This document shows, one piece after another, positions 12,500 to 24,100 of a DNA stretch of 64,000 nt. The DNA lies in the NCBI RefSeq assembly GCF_036321535.1, contig NC_087437.1, forward strand, positions 37,016,001 to 37,080,000. The letters run 5' to 3'. Origin of the DNA: Camelus dromedarius. Lineage: Eukaryota. The notes under the pieces were generated by a model. That model did no database searches and was not told the origin of the DNA. It saw nothing but the letters and a program-made list of their open reading frames with translations. The translations under genes and the position numbers were made by a program. Positions within the stretch are counted from its first letter, which is position 1; every line of letters begins with the position of its first letter.

Positions 12500-15400
12500 G
12501 GCACCTAAGCTGGCACTCCAGTTGACCTGTGAGGAGCCCCAGCTGACAGTGGACACAGGGGAAAAGCCTGTCGAATTCTTAGTCAACACCAGGACCACTT
12601 ACTCGGTTCTCAATACCAGATCAGGCAGACTTGGGCACAAGAGTTGTAAAATTGTGGCGGTATCAGGGGAAGCCTAAAAATAGGCATTTATAGAGCCATT
12701 AGAATGCAAATGGGATGAACACACTCTCACCCATTCCTTCCTGTATGTTCCTGAGTGTCCCATACCCCTGCTAAGAAGGGTATCTTACATAAATTGCAAA
12801 CTACTTTTCACCTAACGGGAGACAAGCTGGAGATTGTTGTTCCCCAAGATAGGGGCACAAGAAGATAATGTTCATGGCTGAGGACAAACCTCCCTCTATG
12901 AGCAAGTCAGCCTCTCCAGAGTGAATCTCAAGGTCTGAGCCCAGAACGGGTGGGATGAGCTGCAGGAGCCAGTCCTGTGATAGTCCATCTAAAAGCCAAA
13001 CACACATGGCCTAACAGAAAACAATATCCTGTCATGAGGCCTTATTGGACATTTCCCCTCTTATACCGGGCCCACCTGACCATGGCCTTATTAGGCCATG
13101 CAATCAGCCTATAACATTCCCGTTCTTCACATAAAGAAGCCCAATGGGGAGTACCTGATGGTACAGGCCCGCCGGGCAGTCAGTGAAGCCACTCGGGATA
13201 TGCATCCATTTTACACCCCACTGGCCACTCTACTGTCCACTGAGACCTGAGATTCTTTATTAGATTTAACTCTTCTGTATTCCTCTAGCCACTGAGTCAC
13301 AAGAAATTTTTGCCCTTCAGTGGCAGAACTCAAACATGCAACAAAAACAGTAATACCGTTGGACGGTCCTGTCTGAAGGGTTCAAAAACTACCCCACCAT
13401 CTTTGGGGAAACTTTAGCTAAAAACCTGAAAGATCTACATCTGGAGGAGGGAACCCACCTCAAGTGTGTAGACAACATTCTGATCCCCAGCCCTACTAAG
13501 GAGACCTCTGACAAAATACTGCAACCACTCTGAGCCACCCAGCTGACAAAGAACATACGCTGTCTAAGAAAAAGCTCACATATGACAAACTAACATGGTC
13601 TAATAGCTATGAAAAGCTGAAAGGAAAGGATAATAATCCTTTCAAATGGAATTCAGAATTCAAAGGGGCCTTTCAAGAATTGAAAAAAGTAATTACTTCA
13701 GGCCCCTATCCTGGCTTTCTCAGGTTTAGATACATTCATGAGAGAAGAGGAGTTGCCCTTAGGCTATCAGCTCAAAAACCGGGACCTCTTACTCGGGTGG
13801 TTGCTTATCTCTCTAAACAATTAGATAAAACTTCATAACCTGCTAATGTTTGGTAAGCCAATCACTGGATGGACTCCACACCAGGTTCAGGCTTTAGTAA
13901 GTTCTAACAACCCAGAAAGTTGATTCAAGTTCAGGCTGTGCTTTTAGACAACACAGTGCCTACCATAGAGATGGGGCCCCTGGAGCATGACTGTGTAGAA
14001 ACCATAGACACCATCTATTCCACTGGCCCTGACCTAGGAAGTGAGCCTCTCTCAAATGCTGAAGAGGAATGGCTCACAGATGGGAGCAGTTTTATCCAAG
14101 AGGTTAAAAAGTTGGCAGGATACACAGTAACCTCCCAGACCCAAGTCAGAGAAACAAGAAGCTTATCTCAAAGGACTTTTGCCCAAAAGGCGGAGCTGAT
14201 GGATGTCACCCGAGCCATACAGCTTGGGACAGAGAAGATCTTAAATGTTTACATAGATTCCTGGTATGCATATTGACATCCTGTATTCATACGGGTTGTT
14301 TAGAAGGAAAGAGAATTTACTATGGAGAATAAACAGATGAAGCATAAGCATACTGAAGCTCTTAGAAGCACTATAGCTTCCCCAAAAGGTGGCCGGAACT
14401 CATTACAGGGGTCACCAAAAGGGAGATGCACAGGTAGTAAAGGGAAACAACAGCCTAATGGTGACCCTAGAACCAGTAACTTGGCAACTACTTCTCATAC
14501 CTCAAAGGCCAGGTCCATCCAATTATTCCCCACTCTACACTGAAACAAAGTCCAAAAATGGGGCTTCAGTAGAGATCTAGGAGGTCATGGGTGGCTAGTT
14601 AATGAACATAGGAATACTTTTTCCCCCAAACTGCATCTTCTCAAGCCATCAGGAAGGCTCACCAAGGAACTCACTAAGGGATGGCAGCTGTACATAACTG
14701 CTTAGCTGAGGTCATGGTAACTCCTGGCATTAAGAGGGCAATCAGTCAGATAGCTGAGACATGCTGCGCCTGCACAACGAGCAACTCCAACAGCAGACCC
14801 TGTACAGGCCCCCAGAGATGACCCATTCAGACCAGAGGGACACATCCTGGAGAAGACTGGCAGACTCATCTCACTGTCATGTCAAGAGTACCGAGCAGTT
14901 TTAGATACCTGTTGGTGCTAGAAGACACATTTCTGGATGGATAGAAGCCCTGCCCATTGGAACGGAAATGGCAGATGAAGTGGCTAGGACACTACTGAAA
15001 GGAATAATCCCTAGGTTTTGGCTCCTAGGATCCAACAGAGCAATAATGGTCCAGTGTTCCTGTCTCAAGTGGCAAAGGGCGCCCTGGGCATAAAATGGAC
15101 CTTGCACTCAGCCTGGAGACCCCCAAGGTAGAGAGATCCAACCTTACCCTGAAACAGGCCTTAGGCAAGCTATGTCAGGAAACTCAAGACAATTGGATTA
15201 AGTTGCTTCTGACTGCCCTGCTCCTCAAGTAGTTAGCTTCAAGGGATAAGTTAAAGTTAAATGCATTTGAACTCTTATATTGTAGACCCATTTCTCAAGC
15301 CTGCAAGAAAGGACACCTTAACACCCAGAAATGGAATAACTAAAGTATGCCAACCACGAAGACTCTCACAGAGTATGGTAATCAGGTGCTGCCTGTACCC

Positions 15401-15677
15401 ACTGACCAGGCCCTCTACCCCTTCAAGTCAGGAGACTGGGTGCCCCTAACGGCTAGAAAATCAGCTCAATCCTAAGTGGAACAGACTCCACTTGGTGAGC
15501 TTAAGCACCCATTCTGCTCTGAAGCTGCAGGGGACCACTCGTGGGTACATCACACTGGAGCAAAGAGGGCCCTGGGCCCCTCCTCCAGAGAGAGAACCTG
15601 GGCCAACAGACCTCCTTGACTACTTGTGCAAAAATCTCTCTGACCTGAAGCTTCTCTTCTGGAAAATAACAAAGTGA
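12500..15677 (+). pseudogene. pol: Decayed ERV pro-pol (protease, RT, RNase H, integrase)
   Basis: PR: EEPQLTV..EFLVNTRTTYSVL. RT: PYNIPVLHIKKPNGEY (~13107), WTVLSEGFKNYPTIFGE (~13360), YVDD decayed to CVDN (~13465). RNase H: WLTDGSSF, AQKAEL, NVYIDS (ORF 13920..14276). IN: HPGEDWQ (~14843), FSGWIEALP (~14930). Many stops and frameshifts. Confidence 0.93.
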
Positions 15678-15778
15678 TCAGGGATGTTCAGGCCATTAAA
15701 CATGCCTCAACATCAGGGCACACTTATTCCTACAGGCAAAAGAGCCAGATACCTACATTTTAAAAAAATTGATGTGTG

Positions 15779-15856
15779 ACCATTATTCTCTTGCTAATAT
15801 TTTGAGCCATGTATCTTAAATTGTCTAGTGTCCTTTGTCTCCAAAATGTTAGACAA
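15779..15856 (+). pseudogene. env: env remnant: TM membrane-spanning and cytoplasmic segment only
   Basis: With one frameshift reads TIILLLIF(E)PCILNCLVSFVSKMLD, matching the gamma-type LLLxFGPCILNxLV motif. Confidence 0.75.
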
Positions 15857-16061
15857 ATGGTGGTCACTCAGGGAGACAAACAGTTGGGGCTGAGGCCATG
15901 TGACCATCAAATATGTCTAAAAGTGGCTGGGAAGAAGTTCTGCTCCTCTGCCTGGGGTGATGATGACACCCCAAGTCAGCAGGAAGCAATTATAGAAGGT
16001 GGACCTTCACCCCTCAGTCCCCTCAAGAATGAGGAGCAGGACAAAAGTCAGAGGAGAGATT

Positions 16062-16462
16062 TGTTACTGGCACAGCTCATTAACAAGCTCTGGGAAATAA
16101 AAATAGAATCTGGGAAATAAAATAAAGTCTGACCTTTTGGTTTCTTCTCCTTTGTGCTTAGTCCAGCTCCACGCTCATAGGGTGCTGTACGCAGGGGCCT
16201 TGCAGCCCACACTTCAGACCAGAGTTCATGTGCAGAACAGCTGTGCCGGACGCTTCAGCTCAGGGGACTGTGTGCAGCCCTGTCAACGGCCTGTCGGGGA
16301 AAGAGTGTACTCTAGAGAGCAAGCTCACACAACTCCATTCTTTGATCAAAGAATAAAGCTTTCCTTTGCCTCTAACCTGAACTCCATCTCATTCTATTGG
16401 CTTAAATGACACTGGGCAGAAGGAACCTTGTGGGGGCGCCAACTCCAGGAGGGTGGGTAATG
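16062..16462 (+). mobile_element. 3' LTR
   Basis: Follows the purine tract agaggagaga (16050-16059); starts tgttactggc; AATAAA at 16352-16357; ends ggtaatg rather than ggtaaca. Confidence 0.9.
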
Positions 16463-17536
16463 CTGGCATAGTAATTAGTAATCTCAGTATTAGTGCAGAT
16501 AATTATTCTTGTCATTCTCAGTTCTGTAACAACCTACCTTCCGATCATCCTGTCCTCTTTGCCATCTCAGCCTCTTTATTCCATTACTATATTCTTAACT
16601 TTGTTCTAAATTATTCTCTAAAGCATCCCTCATCTCAACTTTAAGCATTCCAAACCTGACTATAACCTTTCAAGTGTTTAGTACACTCCTTTCTGTATAC
16701 CAACACTAACAGTTCCTGACTCCAGGAGATATTTTAATTGATTTATTCTACCTACACTTTATTGTCCCTTACCCCGCACATAATCTCTCTTCATATACTT
16801 CCTTCACTTGGCACTATATCCATTTAGTCTTCCATCTTCCTCTCTGGTGACTCCCACTCCATTTTAACTTCCTCAGTTGGTTCCTCCTGTCTTCCTGTCC
16901 ATAAACACTGGCATAAAAGAAGGCTTGTCCCTTTGATCTTTATTCTTTCCTATCTTCACTCACTATCAAGGTGAGTTCATCCAGTCCAAGTCTGACAGCC
17001 TTCATCTGATATGCTAATGACTGCCACACTTACTTCTCAAGCCCTGAGAGGCTCTTCTGATCTACAGAGTCTTAACCCAACTCCCTACTCAGATATCTCT
17101 ACAACGATATTTAACAGGCACCTCACACTCTAACATTTACATATCAAAAACAAGCACCTGATGTTCTTTCTCATCTTTATCCTGCCTTCTTCTTCATCTT
17201 AATTCATGGGAACTCTGTTCCGTTTTTTTCATAAACCCCAAACCTGCATTTATTCTTGATTCTTCTCTTTCCCTCACACAGCCCTTTCAGTCAGTCAACA
17301 AGTCTTCTTGATTATGCATTTATACTACCTAGAATTTTACAACTTTATATAACTTCTATTTGGTCTGTTTTCTTCACTTCCCCACTCCTGCCCTGACCTC
17401 CAGTTTATTCTGAGCACAGCAAACATAGTTCTGTTAAAAATCCAGACCCGATCATGTCATTCCTTCCACAAAATCCTATTTCTTCCCACAGTAAAAGTCC
17501 ATGTGCTTCCTGTGTCCACAATGCTTTAGATTATAA

Positions 17537-17835
17537 AGAGCTTCTCAAACTATTAGTGGTGAAGGTCTTTTTTTGCTGCTTATTTTTTATTCCCACTCTA
17601 TAATCACCCAATAATTTTATAAAATAAGTAAAAGTCAGTTATTAGAAAACTGAAGAAGACAGGACATAGAAATCTCAATATTTTTATATTAATTTAATAG
17701 ACATAAAGTTACTGTATTACTCTATCAGGTTGTTACAAAAGTTTCTCAATACTTACTGAATTTCTTGTGTCTATTTTCTTGTGACTGGTCGTCCACAAAC
17801 TAGCAATGGCTGGTGCTCCACATACTAGCAGCATT
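17537..17835. mobile_element. hAT-Charlie non-autonomous element (Charlie18a/Charlie4z-like)
   Basis: Left end agagcttctcaaactattagtggtgaagg; right end ccacatactagcagca; AT-rich core resembles the recalled consensus. Confidence 0.6.
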
Positions 17836-18249
17836 TCTCTGGAAGTTCTACTTTCCCCTTTCCACCTAGATCTCTTATTCTGCTACTGTCTCCCCTTTTC
17901 TGCACTTTAGCGACAGCTGGATGCAACCAGTTTCCTTGACATTCCAGGAATACTTTGCCTCAGAACTTTGAACTCCTTCCCCACTCCCTAGAAGCTGTAT
18001 GGCATATGCCCAAACTTCCTTCAGGACTTTATTTAAATCTTAACCTCTAATCAGGTCTTCCTTGACCATCTTATCTAGAAGTTATACTCCTTTTCAATAC
18101 TTCCTAATTCTATTGCTCAGTTTATGGTTTATCTCAGAGTTTATCATTCTCTAACATAGTATTTCTGTCTCTGATTAGAATGCAAGCTCTACGTGCAGGA
18201 ATTTCTCCCTATTAATTTACTGCTGCATTTTCAGTACCTATAATAGTGC

Positions 18250-18774
18250 TGTAAGCAACCCCTAGAGGCTAACAGAATAGACTTTTCCAAGCTGTATTTT
18301 AACTTAAACTTTACACCAGGTGCTCCCACACTTCAGTAACTTCCGACCCTAGCATACCTTTCAAATCTTTTTGATTACATAATCTTATTGATTCCATTCT
18401 TAGATTAAAGAACATGTGTCTAACAGATGACTAGATCTTTTCCCCAGCTGCTTCTTCAGTAACGCTGTGAGCAAACTGCATGAATGAGATCGCACCTAAA
18501 GAAAGATCACAAGGAGTCAGCAAGTCTGCATGCAGTGAAGGACAACTAAGACTCTGACCCCCTCTCCAAGTGATGAACTACAATTAGCTTCCCCTCTCTC
18601 CCCTTAAAAACTCTTATGGTTGAGCAAAATCTTGGGAGTTGGTTCTGGGACACAACTCCATCTTCTGCCCAGGTTCCAGCCTCCTGAATAAACAAACTTC
18701 CCTTTTCCAACCAACACTTGTCTCTCAAGTACTATCTTTCAAGTGGTGAGCAGCCAAACCTGAGTTCAGTAACA
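18250..18774 (+). mobile_element. Solo ERV1 LTR
   Basis: TG...CA termini; perfect 4-bp TSD GTGC (18246-18249 / 18775-18778); TATA-like cttaaaaa ~18603; AATAAA ~18687; splits the L2 3' end. Confidence 0.93.
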
Positions 18775-19814
18775 GTGCCTGGCATATAGAAGGAGCTTAA
18801 AAATACTTAAAAAAATTTGTTATGAATAGCTGTTGAGCTACATCAGGGCTTATAAGTGAAATGAAGCATTAAGCATCTATAAAGTTTAAATAGTTTTACT
18901 AACATAGAAAAATATAATAAACTATTTGTTTTAAGATTGAATAAAAAGAAAAACTAACATTATCAACATTTATAGTACTTGCCCCTACCATGCGTTATGG
19001 AAGATTTGCTGGCATTGCTTGTCGACTTAAGAGGGAAAATAAAGCTTACTTGTTTATGTGATATTATTTTCAGTGTATGTACTTCCTATTGTGGGGCAAG
19101 GAAATCTAAAATTATCTATAAGTATTTTTGAATTTATAGACTTTTTGCATGTGTATTATCTTAGATATTGGTTATTAAAACCATAATCCTGAGGTATCTG
19201 AAAATGTATTTATCATTTTACATAGGTCTTCAGGCTCATAAGTATTTTGAACCACTGATTTATAGCAGAAAGAGTTGAGTACTTGAAGTTGATTATGCCA
19301 AATACAGGGAAATAAAGTTCTAACATTTAATTTTACCTCCATATTTGAATGACTGAAACATACATTCATGGTGATAGTGGTCACTGTTTCTGGGTCCTAA
19401 TTTTCATCTTCAGAAGTTCAGAACTGTTTCTCTATTAATGTATCTAAGCATTAATTGGAAGTTTTACAAAAAACAATTACAAGCTTGTAAAATTATTTGA
19501 AAAAGATTGTTCTTTCAATTCCATTCTCTCTAGGACACCCTGAATACTCCCACTTAAAAATTCCTGGAAGTCATCAGGTTAGCAAGGAAACATTCCTTGG
19601 CAAATTACCACATTCGGTGCTAATTATCCAGGGGTCATTAGCCTTCACACTGAGTGCTACTTTTGTTGACATTAAATTTATACACAGTATTTCATCAGAA
19701 GTATGGAAAATCATTTCCTTACTTATATTTACCTTTTTATATTTCAATTCAGAAAGAAATCCCAACTATGGTTTTATTTCTAATATAGAATATTCTGTTC
19801 ATTTTCTGAAGATA

Positions 19815-19897
19815 AGGAAGGAAGGAAAGAAAGAGAGAGAGAAAGAGAGAAAAGAAAAGAGAGAAGAGAAAAGAAAGAAGGAAAGAGAGAAAAAGAG
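19815..19897. repeat. GA-rich low-complexity purine tract
   Basis: Seen directly; gives the K/E/R-rich tail of ORF 19497..19916. Confidence 0.9.
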
Positions 19898-20039
19898 TTT
19901 GTTATTTCTCATTTAGAGATTTATACAGAGTTCATTTCAGTTACCTATTTTAATTATTTAGGATTAACTGGAGGCAACAGAATTGACTCTTGAAAAGGGG
20001 ATGTGACAGGGAACTGGGTGTTTAAAATGTATTCAAATG

Positions 20040-20910
20040 TGACTTCCAGCCTGAACTCCAAAATGTAAAGACCTTTGAAGTTGTTGCTCTTTTTCTTACA
20101 ACCAAAAATAGGTGAACAAACTGAAAAGCAATGGATTTTTTGACTCACCAGACAACACAGTCCAGAGGGCAAACAGTCACCTGAAAATCTGGAGAAATAG
20201 GTAAATCCAGAGTCACAGCCGAAGTCTGCTTACCTGGAGCAGAAGCCACTAGAGCCACAAACTAATAGGAAAACATAAATTGTACTTGTAATGACTTGTT
20301 GGAGGCTGAGTGTGCACTCACTTGAGAGTGAGGATTACTGAGGTCCACAGCCTTAGAGGGACTGCTACAATTTCATAGGTTTTACCTCCAGGAACCCCAA
20401 CATATTCTCACAGTGAAGAACTAAAGAAAGATCCTTTAGTCTCAGGAGGGTTAGGGAAAATAAAGCTTTGTTAAATACATCCTCAGAGGTCTCCATAACA
20501 AGATCTACTCTACAGGAGTTAAAAGACCTTACCCGAGCCTTATTCCCTAGGAGAATGACAGTACTTTCATTCTAAGCCTTCCTATCTCACCCAAGGGGCA
20601 AGTAGGGAGGGGAAGCTAAGGAACATTTATAAAAGTCAAGGCCCAGGGCCATTTAATCATAAGAATGTGATATGATCCTCCACCACTACACCAACAGGAC
20701 TTCAGTTTAAAGAGGTGTAAAACACAGATCCTTTCTTAGGAAGAGTACCTGGAGAGCCCAAAGTCAACAGAGGAAGAACTAACCACTTCACACCCTCCCC
20801 TTCTCAAACACACACTCACACACACATACATACTCTAGAGGAATTTAAAGTCTGCCACCTATAGCTAAGGCAAACATTAAACACAGCCCAACCACTAGAC
20901 AGATTGACAC
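20040..20910 (+). mobile_element. Ancient L1 (L1MD/L1MC-type) 5' region, left part
   Basis: Resembles old L1M 5'UTR; continues after the provirus at 30137 into ORF1-like sequence. Confidence 0.65.
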
Positions 20911-21190
20911 TGTAAAACATTAATAAACAGAAACCTCAATTAAATAGAGTTGGGAGACAAGATTGTGGAGCTCTCATGTTCTGCAATGGTATGAGAGACC
21001 AACAGGGGAAAAAAAATCACTCCTCTTCCTTCCTGGCAAGGATTCAGCCAATGAAAAGCCATGGACTCTTTGTTTACTATAGCCATCCCCATTTCTGTTT
21101 CCCCTCTATAAAGGCATTCTCCTTCCCTTGACATGTGGGGACCTACACATGGTTTGCCATGGTTATAGATCCTGAATTGCAATTTTCTTG
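20911..21190 (+). mobile_element. 5' LTR, truncated before its polyA signal and U5
   Basis: Starts tgtaaaac; shares ataaacagaaac..taaatagagttgggaga and aatgaaaagcc with the 3' LTR; CCAAT ~21048 and TATAAA ~21107; homology stops at gcaattttcttg. Confidence 0.9.
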
Positions 21191-24100
21191 AATAATAGAC
21201 TAAATAATGCAGAAGAACAAATAAGTGATCTAGAAGATAGAATAATGGGAATCACCCAATCAGAACAGCTGAAAGAAAAACAAGCAAAAAATGAAAGCAA
21301 CATATGAAATCTAAGGGATGCATGTCAACCTACACATAACAGGGATTCCAGAAGGAGAAGAAAGAGAAGTGGGGACTGAAAATAGAATAAAATAAATTAT
21401 GGCTGAAAAATTCCCACACATAGAGAAGAAAGCAGATATCCAAGTATAGGAAGCACAGAGGGTTCCAAACAAGATGAACCCAAACTGATCTATGCCAAGA
21501 TATATCATAAGTAAAATGGCAAAGCTAAAGATAAGATAAAGATAACAAGAGAAAAACAAAGAGTCAAATACAAAGGCACGCCCCATAAGGCCATCAGCTG
21601 ATTTCTCTAAAGAAACTTTGCCAGCCGGAAGGGAGGGCATAATATACTCCAAGTTCTGAAAGGGAAAAGCTGCAACCTATGCTACTCTACCAAGCAATAT
21701 AATCATTTAAATACAAAAAGAAAATGAGAACATCTCGAACAAGCAAAAACGAAAAGAATACAATACTAAACCTAACCTAAAAGAAATATTGAAAGATCTT
21801 CTCTAAATCTAAAAAAAGCAAGAATCTATATGAAAGGGAAAAACACAATGGAAAAGCAAATATGTAAAAGAATTGGATAATCTTTTGTACTGGCTTAAAT
21901 GAGCCAGTACATAGATTAAATAAATTATTTTAATTCTGTAAATGCGATTATAACTACAATGAACAGCAAAAGGATAAATATGAAGATGTAAAATAGGACA
22001 TTAAAATCACAAAATGTGGGGGAGGGGAATACAAAATTTAGATCTTTAGAATGTGTTTGAACTTATATCACTAACAGTCAAAAGCAAGTAACTATAGTTA
22101 TGGGTTTACATACTTGAAAACCAGGGTAATCACAAATCAAAAACATACAAAAGACTCACAAAAAAACAAAAAGAAAGGAATTCAAACATAATACAAAAGA
22201 AAACCATCAAGCCACAAAAGGAAAAACAAAAAGAAGAAAGGGACATTGAAGAACTAAAAAATCAACCAGAAAACAAGGTTTATAATAGCAATAAATACAT
22301 ACTGATTAATAATTAAATGTCAATGGACTGTTGATTTGATAAAAAGACAGAGTAGCAGATTGGATAAAGAAACAAGAACCTACAATGTGCTGCTTATAAG
22401 AGATCAACTTTAAAGTGAAAGACACAGGTTGGGAGTGACGGGATATATGTAAATGGAAATGACAAGGAAGTAGGAGTATGCTCATATGAGAGAAAAAAGA
22501 CTTTAAAACAGAGTCCATTGAGAAAGACAAAGGAGGACACTGTAAAATGATAAAGGGACCAATACAAGAAGGGATCATTAACATATATGCACCCAATATA
22601 GGAGCACCTAAATACATAAAACAAATACCAAGAGACAAAGTGGCAGGAATATATTAGTAGGAGACTTTAATACCCAACTTACATCAATAGATCTTCCAGA
22701 TAGAAAATCAATGAGGCAACGGAGATACTAAATAACATAACAGAACAGTTGGACTTAATTGATACTTAATTGTCTAAAGGACACTGCATCCAAAAAAAAA
22801 AAAAAAAAAACCATATATATATACACACATACATATACACACACACACTCTTTCCAAGCATGCCTGGAACATTCTCTAGGATAGACCACATACTAGTACA
22901 CAAAACAAGCCGCAACAAATTTGAGAGAATAGAAATGATTTCAAGGATGTTTTCTGATCATAACTGTATAAAAGTAGAACTCAACCATGGAAAGAAAAAC
23001 GAGGAAAAAGAATGATTACATGGAGACTAAACATGCTACTAAGAAAGCAATGGGCTAACAATAAAATCAAAGAGGTAGTTAGAAAATACCTGGAGACAAA
23101 TGACAATGAAAAAACACAACCACACAAAACCAGTGGGATGCAGCAAGAGCAGTTCTAGCAATATGAGAAGTTCATAGCAATACAGGCCTTTCTCAAAAAA
23201 AAAAAAAAAAAAGGAACAAGAAAAAAATCTCAAATAAACAGCCTAACTTACCACTTAAAAGAATCGGCAAAAAATCCCAAATTAGCAGAAAGAAGTAATA
23301 AAGATCAGAGAGGAAATAAATAAAATAGAGATTAAAAATAGAAAAGATCAACCAAAAAAAGAACTGCTGATTTGAAAGGATAAATAACACTGACAAAACT
23401 ACAGCCACACTCAACAGGAAGAAAAGAGATAGAGAACCCAAATAAGCGAAGCAAGAAATGAAAGGGGAGAAATAACAAGTGGTAACACAGAAACATAAAA
23501 AATCATAAGAAAATACTATGAACAGTTATATGCCAACAAATTGGACAACCTAGCAAAAAGGCAAGTTTCTAGAAACATAGAACTTGCCAAAACTGAACCA
23601 AATAGAATCAGATAACTTGATCACTAGAAGTGAAGTACAATCTGTAAAAAAGAAAAAGAAAAACAAACAAACAAAAACACTCCCTACAAACAAAAGTCCA
23701 GGACTGGATATCTTCCATGGGGAGTTATACCAAAAATACAAAGAAAACTTATACTTATCCTTCTCAAACTATTGTGTAAGACTGAGGAGGAGGGAATACA
23801 CCAAAATTAGTCTATGAAGCCACCAACACTGATACCAAAACCAGATAAAGACACTACAAAAAAAAAATTACAGGCCACTATCCCTGATGAATATAGAGGC
23901 AAAAATCCTCAACAAAAGATTAGCAAACAGAATCCAACAATACATAAAAAGGATTCATACAACATGATCAAGTTGGATTCATTCCAGGGTCTCAAGAGTG
24001 TTTCACCTTACACAAATGAATCAATGTGATACACCACGTCAACAAAAGAACAGGAAAAAACCACAATCATCTCAATAGGTGCAGAAAAAGTATGTGACAA

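Larger units (their letters stand above)
9761..16462 (+). mobile_element. Class I (gammaretrovirus-like) ERV provirus: LTR-PBS-leader-gag-pro-pol-(env tail)-PPT-LTR, defective
   Basis: Two homologous LTRs, a PBS, a PPT, and recognisable Gag, PR, RT, RNase H and IN motifs in canonical order. Confidence 0.96.
16500..18830 (+). mobile_element. L2 (3' portion), interrupted by a hAT MITE and a solo LTR
   Basis: CT-rich L2 body (tatgctaatgactgccacacttac; cacctcacactctaacat; attagaatgcaagctc) and L2 3' end gtgcctggcatatagaaggagctta...tgttatgaat. Confidence 0.85.

Noticed and set aside
15809..16120. 103-aa ORF as a possible env or syncytin-like gene
   Set aside because: Out of frame with the TM remnant, runs into the LTR, and lacks a signal peptide, furin site, immunosuppressive domain and CX6CC motif.
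19497..19916. 139-aa ORF
   Set aside because: Non-ATG start; extended by a stop-free GA-rich tract; no homology evident.
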